A stretch of DNA of 64,000 bases, taken from contig CAWFJP010000024.1 of the NCBI GenBank assembly GCA_963816145.1, forward strand, positions 32,001-96,000. The letters run 5' to 3'. The notes beneath the pieces are model-generated. The model made no database searches, was not told the origin of the DNA, and was given only the letters and a program-made list of their open reading frames with translations. Shown in pieces: positions 21,606-34,595 of the stretch. How positions within the stretch are numbered: the stretch's first letter is position 1; each line of letters starts with the position of its first letter. The position numbers and the translations under genes are program-made. The DNA comes from an uncultured delta proteobacterium. GTDB taxonomy: Bacteria > Desulfobacterota > Binatia > UBA9968.

Positions 21606-24600
21606 TTAGTGAGGTCCTCCTGACGGATTGTGAGCTTCGGAAGGAGCGGCGTGAATCTCGGCCGGTCCGGGCGCAGGGCTTTTCTTCTTCGCGAAGCGAC
21701 GAATTACGTCGTAAAACACCGGTGTAAAGACCAGACCGAAGAAAGTTACACCGAGCATGCCGCTGAAGACCGCCACGCCCAAGGCAAAGCGCATCTCAGC
21801 GCCGGCTCCTTTGGCGACGACCAGCGGCACCACGCCGAGGATGAAAGCGAACGCAGTCATGAGAATCGGCCGCAGGCGCACGCGCGAGGCTTCGACCACG
21901 GCGTCGACGCGGCTCTTGCCCTCGTCTTCGAGCTGCTTGGAAAACTCGACGACGAGAATGGCGTTTTTAGCGGCCAGACCGATCAGTGTGATCAGACCGA
22001 TTTGGGTAAAAATGCTGTTATCGAGTTTCATAAAGTTGACGCCGATTAATGCGGCCAACAGACACATCGGCACGATCAGCAGAATGGCAAAGGGCAACGA
22101 CCAGCTTTCGTATTGCCCCGCCAGAACCATAAAGACGAACAGCACGGATAACGGGAATATGATCTTGGTCAGGAAATCCTTCTCGGCGAGGATCTGCTGC
22201 AGCGACAGCTCGGTCCACTCGAAGCCCAACCCGGACGAGAGCTGCTCGCCCACCAACTTCTCGCTGGTAGTGATCAGTTGGCCGGAGCTCACTCCAGGCG
22301 CTGGAATAATATTCACCTCGGCGGAAGGATAAATGTTGTAATGGTTGACGATCGCCGGGCCGCTGGTGGTTTTAACTTTGATAAACGTGTCCAGAGGCAC
22401 GCGGTCACCGGCGCCATTGCGCACTTCCAACCGGCCTATGTCCGGTGTTTTATCGCGAAAGCTCGGATCGGCCTGCACGTTGACCTGCCAGTTGCGCCCT
22501 TGGAAGGAAAAATCGTTGACGTAAATCGAGCCGAGATAAGTCTGTAATGTCGTATTGATCTCGTCGAGAGAGACATTTTGCGCCTTGGCTTTTTCACGAT
22601 CGATATCGACAAACAGTTGCGGCTGGGTGACGCCGAAGGAAGTGAACATACCGGCAAAGGTCGGATCGCGCTGGCCCGCTTCGACGATCGATTGGACACC
22701 ACCCTCCAAGGTCCTCAGTCCGGCGGCGCGCCGGTCTTGAACGTGGAGTTTCGATCCACCCGTGGCGCCTAGCCCATCGATCGGCGGGGCGTTGAAGATG
22801 CCGATGCGAGCTTCCTGGAAGCCGGCAAGTTTCTTGCGCAACTCCACGGCAATCTCGTTGGCCCCCAGTCCCGGGATACCGGCGCGCTCTTCGAAGGGAT
22901 CGAGGATCACGAACATGCCGCCGATGTTGCTGATGTTGGTGCCCAGCAAGATTGAATAACCCGGCACGTCGATTGAGTAAGCGACGCCCTTGGTTTTGCG
23001 CGCCACTTCGCTGATCTGCGCGATCATCTTATCGGTGCGCTCCAGGCTGGCGCCTTCCGGCAGCTGGGCGTTGAGAACCAAATAACCCTTGTCTTGTTCC
23101 GGGATAAAGCCCTTGGGCGTTACGTTGAAGCCCCAGACCGTCAGCGCCAACAGACCGCCGTAAATAACCAGCACGATAAAACCGACCCGCACGAGGCTGC
23201 GCACGATCTTACCGTAGCCGTTGGCGAGACGATCGAAAAAGCGGTTGAACACGCCGAGAAACAAACCGATGCCATGGTTGATCGGGCTCCTGAACATCCA
23301 GCCCACCCCGGTGCCCACTGCGAACACGCCGAGACGCACCGCCCAAAGACCCCATTGCGAAGTTTGGTGCACCGCTTCGGCTTCGGCGCCGTGAGCCGGC
23401 GCAGCCATGCCCAGGAGCGCCAGCACATGGGGCGTGACATAGTGATAGACGATAAAACCGACGAGGGCGGCAATCCCCTGCGGCGGCAGGGCATCGCGGT
23501 GATGTCCCGGGGTGTGCGGCTTGATCAATGTAACGGCGCGCGCCGGCGCCATGGTCATCGCGTTGATCGCCGAGATAATGACTGAAACCGCTATGGTCAA
23601 AGCGAATTGCCGGTAGAACTGTCCCGATATTCCCGCCAAAAACGCGGTCGGCACGAACACCGAGCTCAACACCAGCGTGATCGCGATGACCGGCCCGGTA
23701 ATCTCGTCCATCGCCTTGATGGTCGCTTCGCGCGCCGGCATCCCCGTGGACATCCATCGTTCGATGTTTTCGACGACGACAATGGCATCGTCGACGACAA
23801 TGCCGATCGCCAGAACCAGACCGAATAGCGTCAGGTTGTTGAGCGAAAATCCCATCACCGCCATTATCGCGAGCGTGCCGATCAGCGACACCGGCACGTC
23901 GATCATCGGCATCAGCGTCGCGCGCCAATCGCCCAAGAAAATCAGCACGACGATAAACACCAGCACAAAAGCTTCGAACAAAGTCTTGTAAACCTCGTGC
24001 ACCGATTCGTTGACAAACACCGTCGTATCGTAAACGATCCGGTACTCGACTCCTTCAGGGAACCGGCTCTTCAGTTCCGCCATCTTGGCTTTAATCTGCT
24101 CGGCGGTCTCGAAGAGCGTTGGCGCCGGGCAATTGAAAAACCGCCAGGGTTGCGGCCGGCAACCTGTTCTCTTTGGAGCCGAGGTAGCTATTGACGTCGT
24201 AGTTCTTGGCGCCGAGCTCGATGCCGCGCAGAATCATCTTGCCGTCTTTGTCGTATTTGCTGTCGCTGACGACGTCGCGCAAATAGACGATCTGCCCCTG
24301 TTTGCCGGTCTTGATGATAATGTTGTCGAACTGCTCTTCAGCGGTGAACCGGCCTTGGGTATTGATCGGCAACTGGAACGGCACCGACGAGCCCTGGGGC
24401 ACCGGCGGCTGGCCGATGCGGCCGGCGGCCACCTGCACGTTTTGCTCTTTGATCGCGCTAATGACATCGCTCGCGGTCATTTGACGGGAAGCGAGTTTGG
24501 TCGGGTCGAGCCAGACGCGCATGCTGTAGTCGCGCGCGCCGAGGAAAGTCACGTCGCCGACGCCTTTCACGCGCGCCAGATCGTCCTTGATATTCAAGGT

Positions 24601-25074
24601 GGCGAAGTTGCTCAGATAGAGTTGATCGTAGCGCCCGTTGGGAGAGACCAAATTAACCACGAGCAGGATGCTTGGCGATTTTTTCTTGGTCGAGATGCCG
24701 AGCCGTTTGACCTCTTCGGGCAGCTTCGCTTCGGCGATCGCGACGCGGTTTTGCACCAGCACTTGCGCGGCGTCGAGATCGGTCCCGAGCTCGAAGGTCA
24801 CATCGAGCGTCAACTGGCCGTCGTTGGTGCTGCGCGAAAACATGTAGAGCATGCGCTCGACGCCGTTCACCTCTTGTTCGATCGGCTGGGCGACGGTCTC
24901 GGCGACCGTGACGGCGTTGGCGCCCGGGTACGTCGCTGTCACCTGAATTGTCGGCGGCACGACTTCGGGATACTGCGAAATCGGCAGCTGCGTCAGCGCC
25001 ACCAATCCGATGAGAACGATCACCAAAGAAAGAACCGTTGCGAAAATCGGACGGTCAACAAAAAATTCGGCCAT
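21606..25074 (-). CDS. RND efflux permease (AcrB/MexF-like), split by a frameshift near 24090-24100
   Basis: FFVDRPIFA..QYPEVVPP; GIVVDDAIVVVEN; RLRPILMT; ORFs 24091..25074 and 21606..24083. Confidence 0.93.
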
Positions 25075-25109
25075 AGCTGGACTCTCTATTATTTACCGGC
25101 AAAGGGTCA

Positions 25110-26390
25110 TTAATGGGCTTTGGCCGCCGGAGCCGGTTGAGGCTCAGTGGTTTTGGCCTGGGCGATCGGCTTGCCTGAATTGTCCATCGGTTCGACCGGG
25201 TTGTTGATGCGCGCGCGTTGCAGACCGTTAACGATTACCCAATCGTTCGGCTTGATTTCCTGGCCTTTATCCGCGGCGCTTGCGACCCGCATGCCGTCTT
25301 CGAGCAATCGTCCGGGTTTGATGTCGCGCCGGAAAACTACATTCTGATCATTGATCAGTAACAAATATTTTTTGTCCTGGTCGGTAAGAACGGCGGTATC
25401 CGGAACCAACACCGCCTGGTAAGCGTCGCCGAACGGGATGCGCACCCGCACGCGGGACCCGGGAACGAAACGGCCCTGCGGATTGGCCACCACCCCGCGC
25501 ACCTGGATGGTTCCGGTCGCGTTATCGACGCGGTTATTGGCGAAATCCAGCACACCTTTGTTCGGGAAGCCGTCGTCGCTGTCGAGGCCGAAGTTGAAGG
25601 GAAACTTGGGCGGGGCGCCGGTCTTTTGCCGCGCCCTTTCCTGATTAGTTTTCATGTAGCGCTGCAGCGAGCGCTCATCGATATTGAAATAGAGAAAAAT
25701 CGGGTCAATCGACACAATGGTCGTTAGAACCGGATCATTACCGCCGGCGCTTACCAGATTGCCGACCGTCAGCTGCGCTCGGCTGACCCTGCCGCCGATC
25801 GGCGCGGTAATCCGCGCGTATTCGACATCCAACTCTTTGCGCGTGATCTCCTGCCTCGCCGCTTCCACCTGGGCTGCCAGGGATAATGCGCGCGCTTCGG
25901 ACTTATCGGCTTCGGTCTTGCTGACCGCGCCTTCGCCGACCAGTTGTTTCATGCGCTCGTAATCCCGGTCCGCGGCGACTTTCTGCGCTTCTACGACCCG
26001 GAGCTCGTCACGGGCGCGCCCGACCTCGGCTTCGAACGGCCGCGGGTCGAGCTGGAACAGCAAGTCGCCCTTCTTGACGATTTGACCGTCGGTAAAGCCG
26101 ATCTTGGCGATATGGCCGCGCACCCGCGAACGCAGGTCGACATTCTCCGCGGCTTCGAGCCAGCCGTTGTAATTGTCCTCGTCGACCAGGGTGCGGGTTT
26201 CCGGATGGGCCACCGTAACCTTGGGCGGCGCCGGTGGCGGCGCCTCGGTTTTCTTCGAGCACGCAACCCCGGCCGCCAGAAAAAGACCGGCGATCAGCGC
26301 CGCCGGCTTGCCACGCCAGCGCTTGTCCCAGAAGTTAACATTTTTGGCATTCACAGTGATCCCCCAAATTTTGGCATAGTGCGGTTTCAT
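25110..26390 (-). CDS. RND periplasmic adaptor (MFP)
   Basis: VDLRSRVRG..GQIVKKGDLLFQLDPRPF, ITAPIGG, VIVNGLQR. Confidence 0.93.
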   Translation of the reverse strand: MKPHYAKIWGITVNAKNVNFWDKRWRGKPAALIAGLFLAAGVACSKKTEAPPPAPPKVTVAHPETRTLVDEDNYNGWLEAAENVDLRSRVRGHIAKIGFTDGQIVKKGDLLFQLDPRPFEAEVGRARDELRVVEAQKVAADRDYERMKQLVGEGAVSKTEADKSEARALSLAAQVEAARQEITRKELDVEYARITAPIGGRVSRAQLTVGNLVSAGGNDPVLTTIVSIDPIFLYFNIDERSLQRYMKTNQERARQKTGAPPKFPFNFGLDSDDGFPNKGVLDFANNRVDNATGTIQVRGVVANPQGRFVPGSRVRVRIPFGDAYQAVLVPDTAVLTDQDKKYLLLINDQNVVFRRDIKPGRLLEDGMRVASAADKGQEIKPNDWVIVNGLQRARINNPVEPMDNSGKPIAQAKTTEPQPAPAAKAH

Positions 26391-26547
26391 ATCTCAGACA
26401 GCTCTTTATCGATCGAAGCCGATCACGGCGCGTTAAGTCGCCGCGGCTTGCTGCCGGGTGGTTCACTCTTAGAGCTCCCCCGGCATAGGCAAAACCTCGA
26501 CTTCTTGTAATTAACGATATTTATTATCGAATTTCTTCGACACTGTA

Positions 26548-26567
26548 CATTGGACCTTAGTCCAATG
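26548..26567. promoter_or_regulatory. Palindromic operator candidate, copy 4 (CATTGGAC-CTTA-GTCCAATG)
   Basis: Perfect 8-bp arms upstream of the RND operon. Confidence 0.65.
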
Positions 26568-26636
26568 CCACGGTGCCGGATACCACTCCAACAATGATTT
26601 TGCTCGAAGAACTCATCGAAGGGTTATTCGAAATAA

Positions 26637-27005
26637 CTAGCGGCTATCCGCCTCGAGCCAGGCGCGGGCTTTGGCGAGATCCTCGGTAAGAAAATATTCC
26701 ACCGCAGCTTGACGGAAACCTTTGGCGAGAAACGCCTCGGCAAAATCCCGCCATTTCTCGTCGCCGACAACTGCGATCTTGGAGATATCGCCATCGTGCT
26801 CGGTCAAAAAAGTGATATCGCCCCAATCCCCTGCCCGCGCCCATCCATTAAAATTTTCCAGAATGAAGAGCGCGCTGATCTTGCCGCAGCGCCCGATCGC
26901 CGCCAGGGCTGCGGCTTGCATCTGGCTCACCTCGCTCTTGGTCAGTTCGCCGTTAATCTTGGCGCTGATAATCGGCCCGGACGCGTCGATGATGGTAAAT
27001 GCCAT
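26637..27005 (-). CDS. STAS/SEC14 (SpoIIAA-like) protein
   Basis: KINGELT, FNGW, KIAVVGDEKW, VEYF..AKARAWL. Confidence 0.85.
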   Translation of the reverse strand: MAFTIIDASGPIISAKINGELTKSEVSQMQAAALAAIGRCGKISALFILENFNGWARAGDWGDITFLTEHDGDISKIAVVGDEKWRDFAEAFLAKGFRQAAVEYFLTEDLAKARAWLEADSR

Positions 27006-27025
27006 TGTGCTCTCCGTTTGAATTT

Positions 27026-28457
27026 TTACAGCGACGAAAAATCGTAGTTAAGAATAAATCGATAATTGTGTCTGGCTGTCTTTGGGGTTTTGATACTGAT
27101 GCACCCTCGCATAACGGAAGCGCCACGAGAAGCCCTTGAGAAAACTCCACTTGGGACGCCATTGGAAATCGGCGTCAAATTCGTTTTCGTCAGGCACGCC
27201 GTTCTTCGTCGACGGATTGACTCTGCCCCAGCCATGGACAAAAAGCACGGAGGTCGACACGCCTTCGAGACCGAGGCGGGAGAAGTCGTAGGATAATTTG
27301 GTGATCAGGGCCTGTTCTTTAGCGCGATTGAAATCCTGCACCTGGACGGCGGTGTAGCCGGGATAACCGCTCCAGGGATTTTGCATATCCTGCCGGCGCA
27401 TCGTATCCGAGTAACCGAGCGTGAACACCGCGCCGCCATAACTCACGTCGGCCTTCACGCCAATCTGATCGCCAAGGAACGATTGGCCATTCAAGAGATT
27501 TTCCCCGACGCTGCGCTGATCGGTAAATTGAAATGACAATAAGGCGCCGATATCCTTGGTGATGGGAAAACTGTACTTGGTCTCGGTGTAGAAAATATTG
27601 ATGATGTCGTTGGAAAAATAGTTGACGGCGCCGAGGGAAAATTTACCGTAGGTGAACGTGCCGCCCGCCACTGCGACGCCGCGTTTGACGTCGGCGCCGG
27701 CGTCTTTCGACATCCAAATGAAGTCGTCAGCATTCTCGCTTTTTGATCTTGGTGATATAGCCGGTGCCGTAACGGAATCCCGGCGCGCCGTCTTTGCCGC
27801 CGAACGATCCGGTTCAGCGTGTAGCCTTCAAACGTGTTCGGCGTCATCCGGATGTCGTCTTTGCCGATGAACGGCGTGTTGTATTCATAGCGATACAGAT
27901 TCACGACGTGATCTTCGAAAAGTTTTACCCGGCCGTAGGCCTGGCCCAACACGCTGTAACCATGCTGACCCGGCTTGAGCAGCAGCGTGCCATCCTTATC
28001 CTGCGGACCGTAGAGCCGGTTGGACCAATAGAAAGTCGTGCCGACCTGAATTCGATCGAGCAGCCAGCCGGACTTGTACGCGAGCGCGCCGCCAAACGCC
28101 CAGGCCGCGCTGACATCGTCGCCGTATTTGTCGCGCTGCAAGTAGAAACTGCGCAGATTGAGGTCGAGCTTGGTATCGCGAAAGAAAGCTGGGGTGTCTT
28201 CTAATTGATCCTTGAGCCAGGGGAAGAAACCCGGCGCGGCGAATTCCGTTCAAGAAAGGAGCGCTCGATGGGCGTAGTAATTTCATCGACTGCACGAGGG
28301 CGTCGGCTCTTCCTGTGAAATCACGTCTTGCGCGAAGCTCTCGGATCCGCACCGAACAGCAGCGAGACGAGAAAAGTTATTGTCTCGAGCCGGAACGAGG
28401 CGAACCAGACCCACTCCTCCCCACGGGACTGTATAGTGCTCCTTGATCTTCTTTCAT
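27026..28457 (-). CDS. OprD family outer-membrane porin (several frameshifts)
   Basis: Pieces AWAFGGALAYKSGW, DIRMTPNTFEGY, PWSGYPGYT..DFNRA and terminal RFILNYDF; ATG 28457 has a GGAGGT RBS. Confidence 0.75.
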
Positions 28458-28484
28458 ACGCTCACCTCCGTCAAATGTGAGAAC

Positions 28485-29297
28485 TTACCTTTGCTCCTCC
28501 CACACCAGCGGCGGGCTGCTGCCAATCGAATCGAATCGGCAAGAACCCGCAACAAGAAATGTCGTCCCGATCGCAATCAGGGCGGCGCGTTGAACATCAA
28601 AATCGCGCCACCAGAATGAGAAAGACAAACACGATGGCGCCGACCACGGCCGTCAACGCGTAAAACTGACCAGGTTTAAACAGCAGCGGAACTTCCCTTG
28701 TCAGCACATCGCGGAGCAGACCGCCGCCGGAGGCGTTGACAGCGCCGACCAGAATGGCCGCACCGATCGGCAAGCCGTGATCGAGAGATTTCTGCGCGCC
28801 GACCACGGCGTAAATGCCCAGGCCGAGCGCGTCGACAAGCGATAAAACCATGATGTAGGTCTTGGCCAAGCGATCTTCAAGATTGAGGCGCTCGAAAACG
28901 CTCCGGGGGCCGCTTTCTCTTCCTTCCAAAGGAGTCGTATGTGGCGATTTGACCAAAGGCAGCACGAATCATCGTTACTGGGCGTCGGCACGACGCTAAG
29001 TATGCGCCGCACCGGCGGCACGATGCGGCCGATTACGATTGTTCCGATCACCGCCACCGTAACCACCTGGAGATAATAAACATTGGTGATCGCAACCGGT
29101 GGTCCGACGGAGATAAAAATTCCGTCGCGAATCAGTCCGCCGCCGAGTGCCGCGGCAAACGCCAAGACAAAAACCCCGATGATGTCGTAATGGCGCCGCA
29201 TGCCGGCCAAAGTGCCGGTGATCGCGAACAAGAACGTCGCCGTCAAATCGAACGCCACCGGAAGGTGGAATTCGCCGCTTAAAGTGACAGCTCCCAT
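28485..29297 (-). CDS. Trimeric intracellular cation channel (UPF0126) protein, frameshifted
   Basis: Two repeats: FAITG..YDIIG..GGGLIRD and DALGLG..GGGLLRDVL..PLLF. Confidence 0.8.
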
Positions 29298-29301
29298 GGG
29301 C

Positions 29302-31005
29302 TCAGTTTCCCGCCGACATCAAGGCGACGATGACGGGACCCCAGGCGGTGAGCACGATATTTCCGACGGCGTACGGCACCGTGTAACCCAACGCGGGGAT
29401 CTTGCTTTGCGCCTCGTCCTGGATGGCGCGCAGCGCGGCGGTCATCGTGCCCGCCCCGGAGCAGGCGCCCAAGAGGATCACCGGATTCATCTTCAAGACG
29501 TATCGACCGAAGAGAATCGCCACCAAATGGGGCAACAGAGCCGCGATAAAACCGACGAAGACCAGGCTGATGCCCGACTTCTGCAGGCCGGAAATAAAGC
29601 TCGGCCCCGCAGTCAAGCCAACCACGCCGATGAAGACGCTCAAACCGACCATGTCAAAAACCCACATCGCGGCTTCGGGAATCCGGCCGAACGCGGGAAA
29701 TACCGAGCGCAGCCAACCGAACACCAGCCCCATGATGAGAGCGCCGCCGCTGGCGGTGAGCGTGATCGGCAGCCCGGCGACAGTCACAGTAAGCAGGCCG
29801 ACGAGCCCGCCAAGCACGATGCCGCTGCCGACGAAAACCATGTCGGTCGCAGTGGTCGGCCAGTCGGCGTAGCCCAGCGCGGCCACGGCGCGATCGACAT
29901 CGCGTTTGGCGCCGGCAAGACTGAGCAGATCGCCGCGGTCCAGTTGGGTCGTCAGGGTAATCGGAATCTCCTGCCCGGCGCGCGTGAGCTTGCGCAAAAA
30001 GACGCCGCGGAATTGCGTCGGCCAGGGCTCCACCTTTACCAAATCCTCCATCGTTTTGCCGTAGAGAGCCTTGTTCGTCATCACCACATCCAAAACTTCG
30101 ACGGGAAAATCGAGCAGCTCTTTGTCGTCGACTTCTGGGCCGACGACGCTGCTGCGCTCGACAAGGACTTCCGTCCGCCCCATCACTACGATCACATCTT
30201 CGCGTTGAATGACCGTGTTAGGCTCGGCCTCGATGATCGCACCGGCGCGGCGGATGCGCTGAATAAAGATCCGAACATCCTTGGGCATCGCTTCGATCTC
30301 TGCGATGCTTTTATTGACGAGCCGTTCGTTGCTCACACGGTAGGCGCGCACATCGAAGGAGCGCGAGGGAGAAATGATTCCAGGCTGCGCTTCTGTTCCG
30401 CCCGACGCCTGCGCCTGCATTTTTTTCGCCTCGTCCTTGAGATTGATCCCCATCAACTTCGGCCCAATGTTCGGCAGGAACCAAACCACCGCTGTGGTTC
30501 CGACCAGATAAGTTACGGCATAAGCGACCGGAATATTATTGAGCAGACGCGCCTTCTCTTCCGCCGAAATCGCCAGGCGATTGATGGCATCACCCGCCGT
30601 GCCGATCACCGTCGACTCGGTAAACGCTCCAGCCAGCAGGCCGGCTGCGGTGCCGATGTCGTAGCCAAGCAGCTTGGCGGCGACGAAAGCGGTCGCCAGA
30701 CAAGTGGTGCAGAGCACTAATGTGAGCGCCATTTGCGACAGCGCATCTTTCTTGAGGCCGCGGAAGAATTGCGGCCCGACTTTGTACCCGGTGGTAAATA
30801 GGAAGAGATCGAAAAAAACCGTCTTGACGAGCGACGGGACCTTGATGTCGAGCTGGCCGATGATAACGCCGGCGAATAGTGTGCCTACCACCGTTCCAAG
30901 ACTGAAACCGCCGATCTTCACGCGACCGATCGCGAAGCCGACGGCGAGCGCGAGGAAGATCGCTAGTTCCGGATTTTGCTGCAAGGCTTTGATGAAATAA
31001 TCCAT
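29302..31005 (-). CDS. aspT: Aspartate:alanine antiporter, copy 1
   Basis: PELAIFLALAVG, GYKVGPQFF, two TrkA-C-like domains, PALGYTVPYAVGN; adjacent to aspD. Confidence 0.9.
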   Translation of the reverse strand: MDYFIKALQQNPELAIFLALAVGFAIGRVKIGGFSLGTVVGTLFAGVIIGQLDIKVPSLVKTVFFDLFLFTTGYKVGPQFFRGLKKDALSQMALTLVLCTTCLATAFVAAKLLGYDIGTAAGLLAGAFTESTVIGTAGDAINRLAISAEEKARLLNNIPVAYAVTYLVGTTAVVWFLPNIGPKLMGINLKDEAKKMQAQASGGTEAQPGIISPSRSFDVRAYRVSNERLVNKSIAEIEAMPKDVRIFIQRIRRAGAIIEAEPNTVIQREDVIVVMGRTEVLVERSSVVGPEVDDKELLDFPVEVLDVVMTNKALYGKTMEDLVKVEPWPTQFRGVFLRKLTRAGQEIPITLTTQLDRGDLLSLAGAKRDVDRAVAALGYADWPTTATDMVFVGSGIVLGGLVGLLTVTVAGLPITLTASGGALIMGLVFGWLRSVFPAFGRIPEAAMWVFDMVGLSVFIGVVGLTAGPSFISGLQKSGISLVFVGFIAALLPHLVAILFGRYVLKMNPVILLGACSGAGTMTAALRAIQDEAQSKIPALGYTVPYAVGNIVLTAWGPVIVALMSAGN

Positions 31006-31125
31006 ACTTGTTGTCTCCTGCTGGTCATGCTCACTTCATCTTCGCATGCAATATCCTCAACGGTTTTACGGCAAATTCCCGTTGATCTCCTTGGCGCCCT
31101 CGCGCGCTGGCCGGCGCTAGGCAAG

Positions 31126-32770
31126 CTAGCGTTTTGCACCGGGTGTCTTCTGACCCGCCGGCTGGACAGTCTTCCCTGTGGCTGCCTCATAGGCCAGTCT
31201 GTAGCCGCGCGCGATGGCGCGCACCGCCCGGCCGATGTCGTCGTAGACGTGATCGTCCAGGTTGGCGAACGATATGCGCACCGACCAGTCCGGAGCGGCA
31301 AAGCCGCTGCCGTTGAGCAGCACGATGCCGTGGTCCTCGGCCAGCCGGAACACGATGTCGAGCGGATGCACGTTCGCCTTCATCCACTTGACGACGTCCT
31401 CGCCCAGGTACTTGCGGGCAAAGAACTCGAAGTCGATCAGGCCGTAGTAGTAGTCGAAGAGCGGGTTCTCGCCGACTTCGATGCCCAGCCCCTCGATCGT
31501 CGCCTCGACGCGCTTCTTGACGATGCCGATGCAGGCTTTCTGGTAGTCCTTCTTTGTCGTCCATCAGCTCGCTCAGCGAGAACAGCGTCATCATGACCTG
31601 CTGCGGCAGCGACAGGCCCGCCGTGTGATTGAGCGCGACGTCGCGGCTGTCCGCCACGATGCGGTCGATGAATGCGAGCTTGCGCGGCTCGAGCGTGAGC
31701 CCGCCGTAGCGCTTGTCGAGCAGCTTCTTGATGGGCTCCGGATGCGCGGCGATCATTTCGTCGAAGATGTTGTCCTCGTGGACCGCGATCGTGCCCAGGC
31801 GCCAGCCGGTGCAGCCGAAGTACTTGCTGTAGGAGTAGACGCCGATGGTGTTCTTCGGGAACTCCCCCATCAGCGAGCGGAAGCCCGGCACGAAGGTGCC
31901 GTAGACGTCGTCGGTCAGCAGGATCAGATCCGGCCGCTTCTTGAGCACGGCGCCGATCTTCTTGATCGTCTCGGGCGAGAGCGCCACGGCGAACGGGTTG
32001 CCCGGGTTGACGATGAAGAACGCCTTGATCTTCGGGTCGAGGAGCTTCTTGAGCTCCTCATCGGGGTACTGGAACCGGTTCTCCTGCTTGGCGTGCACCT
32101 CGACGAACTTGAGGTCGTAGTCCTCCAGGTGCGCCATCTCGAGGTACGGGGTGAAGATCGGCACGCCGAGCGCGATCGTGTCGCCGGGGTTGAGGATCCG
32201 GTTGCTCTTCAGCGACTTGAAGATGTAGCACATGGCGGCGGTGCCGCCCTCGACCGCGTAGAGCTTGAACTTGCCCTTCGGCCGCGGGGTTCCGCACATC
32301 GCCCACTGCAGGTACTCGTGGACGATCTGCTCGTTGTGCACCAGCATGCGGTCCGGCACCGGGTAGTGGTCGCCGATGATGGAGTCCACCAGCTCGTGCA
32401 CGAACTTGTCGGCGTCGAAGCCGAACTTCTTCACGGCCCACGGCACCATCGCCTTCAGGAAAGGCGCACCCGGCATGTCGTCGTGCTTCGTCAGCCAGGC
32501 TTCAAGCCGGCCGGCAATGCCCGCTGCCTTGGGCATGCCGCCCACGCCCGGCGGCAGGTCGAGCACGCGCTTGCTCTCGGTGACCGCGAACTGCCCGAGC
32601 AGGAAGAACGCCTCGCGCGGCTCGGTGGCGACCCAGTTCGGGTTGCCGCGACCGGCGTTCAGGTACGAGCTGGACGATTCCTGCGCGGACTTCGATGCCA
32701 CCTTGGCGAGGAAGTCCTTGATCTCGAACGGGCCCAGCTTCTCGTACTGTTTAAAGTTTAAGTCGTTCAT
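31126..32770 (-). CDS. aspD: Aspartate 4-decarboxylase (frameshift near 31550)
   Basis: LNAGRGNPNW, EGGTAAM, DDVYGTF, YSYSKYFGCTGWRLG (PLP lysine), ALNHTAGLS; C-terminus in ORF 31126..31383. Confidence 0.93.
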
Positions 32771-32814
32771 CGAATTCTCCTTTTTTATTCAATCATCGGA
32801 AGTAAATATGCTCC

Positions 32815-34506
32815 TCACGACAACAGCATGATGACGACCATGCCCCAGATCGTCAGCAGCGTGTTACCGACCGCGTAGGTAACGGTGTAGCCGAGCGCCG
32901 GCACCTGACTCTTGGCGAGATCGCAGACCATACCGAGCGACGCCGTCGTCGTGCGCGACCCTGAGATGATGCCGAGGGTGAGCGCGTCATGGAAGCGGAA
33001 CACGTATTTGGCGACGAACATCCCGAGCACCAGCGGTATCGTGGTCGCGAGAGCGCCCCACAGGAACAGGCCGATGCCCTGCGTCTTCAGACCGTTGATG
33101 AAACCCGGGCCGGCGGAGATGCCGACAATGGCGATGAATATGTTGAGGCCCACCGAGTTCATGAACCAGACTGTCGGCGACGGGATGCGCCCGAAGGACG
33201 GGCGTACCGAGCGCAGCCAGCCGCCCACGATCCCAGCGACGAGCGCCCCGCCCGCGGTCGAGAGCGTCACGGGCGCTCCGCCGACTTTAAAGACCAGCGA
33301 GCCGATCAGCGCGCCAACCACGATCCAGGCGCCGATGAACGCGACGTCGGCAACGTCGGTCGGCCGGTCCGCGACACCCAGCAGCTTGGTCACCGCGTTC
33401 GTGTCCTGCGTGCGACCGACGACGGTGAGGAGGTCGCCGCGCTCGATTTTGGTGTTCGGCAAGATGGGGATCGTGGTTGCAGTCGCGCCCCGCGTAATCT
33501 TCCGCAAGAAGACCCCGCGCGCGGCCGGCATCTTGGCCAGTTCGATAAGAGTCTTGCCGTCGACCGCCTTGTTGCTCACTAAAACGTCCACGCCCTCCAC
33601 CGGCACGGCCAACAGTTCAGCATCGTCGACCTCCTTCGCGCCTTCGCCGACCAACTTGACGAGTACGTCGCGGGCGCCGGCGAGCGCCACCACGTCCCCC
33701 TCGCGCAGCACCGTGTCCGCCGTTGCCTCCTCGATCGTCCCGTTGCGGCGGATGCGCTGGACGAAAACGCGCGCGTCGGGCACCAGCGCCTCGGCCTCGG
33801 CGGCCCGCAGGCCAACAGCCTTCCCGCCCGGCTGCACGCGGAAGGCGCGCAGCTCCCAGCGGTGCCAGGCGGAGCCGGCGCCGCCCAGTTCCTTGGTGCC
33901 GCCCTGCTTCTCCTCGTAATCTTTGCACGCCGCGACGAGATCGATGCGCAGCAGTGCGGGACCGAGGATGGCGATCACGATCGCCGAGCCGACGGTGCCG
34001 AACATGTAGCTCACGGCATAGGCGACTGGCATCCCGTCGAGCAAGGCCTTGGCCTGGTCGGCGGCGAGGCCTAGCCGGTTAATGGCGTCGGTCGAAAGGC
34101 CCATCGCGGCGGAAATCGTCTGCGACCCCGAGTACAACCCGGCGGAGTAGCCAAGATCGTAGCCGGCCATCTTCGCGATCACGACGCAGGCCAACAGACT
34201 GAACACACATTGGACTGCCGCAAATATCGCCTGCGGCAGGCCATCCTTGGCGACACCGCGGACAAACTGTGGCCCGACGGCGTAGCCGACGGCGAACAAG
34301 AACATGAGGAAGACCGTCGCCTTGAGAGGCGGCGAGATGGTGATGCCGATCTGGCCGACCAGGACTCCGGCCAGCAGGGTGGCGGTCACCGCCCCGAGGC
34401 CGATGCCCTTGAAGGTAAACTTGCCGAAGTAGTAGCCGAGGCCAAGCGTGAGAAATATCGCGATCTCCGGGTAGGTGCGCAGTGTTGCAGCAAACCAATC
34501 AAACAT
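32815..34506 (-). CDS. aspT: Aspartate:alanine antiporter, copy 2
   Basis: [34 protein letters not shown]. Confidence 0.9.
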   Translation of the reverse strand: MFDWFAATLRTYPEIAIFLTLGLGYYFGKFTFKGIGLGAVTATLLAGVLVGQIGITISPPLKATVFLMFLFAVGYAVGPQFVRGVAKDGLPQAIFAAVQCVFSLLACVVIAKMAGYDLGYSAGLYSGSQTISAAMGLSTDAINRLGLAADQAKALLDGMPVAYAVSYMFGTVGSAIVIAILGPALLRIDLVAACKDYEEKQGGTKELGGAGSAWHRWELRAFRVQPGGKAVGLRAAEAEALVPDARVFVQRIRRNGTIEEATADTVLREGDVVALAGARDVLVKLVGEGAKEVDDAELLAVPVEGVDVLVSNKAVDGKTLIELAKMPAARGVFLRKITRGATATTIPILPNTKIERGDLLTVVGRTQDTNAVTKLLGVADRPTDVADVAFIGAWIVVGALIGSLVFKVGGAPVTLSTAGGALVAGIVGGWLRSVRPSFGRIPSPTVWFMNSVGLNIFIAIVGISAGPGFINGLKTQGIGLFLWGALATTIPLVLGMFVAKYVFRFHDALTLGIISGSRTTTASLGMVCDLAKSQVPALGYTVTYAVGNTLLTIWGMVVIMLLS

Positions 34507-34595
34507 ATTGTCCTCCGTTCAGCTTTTTGTGGCGTCCTGAACCGCCCGGTTCGCCATTTAGCCTATCGCCATTGCGGGTTGACCGTCGTCGCAGC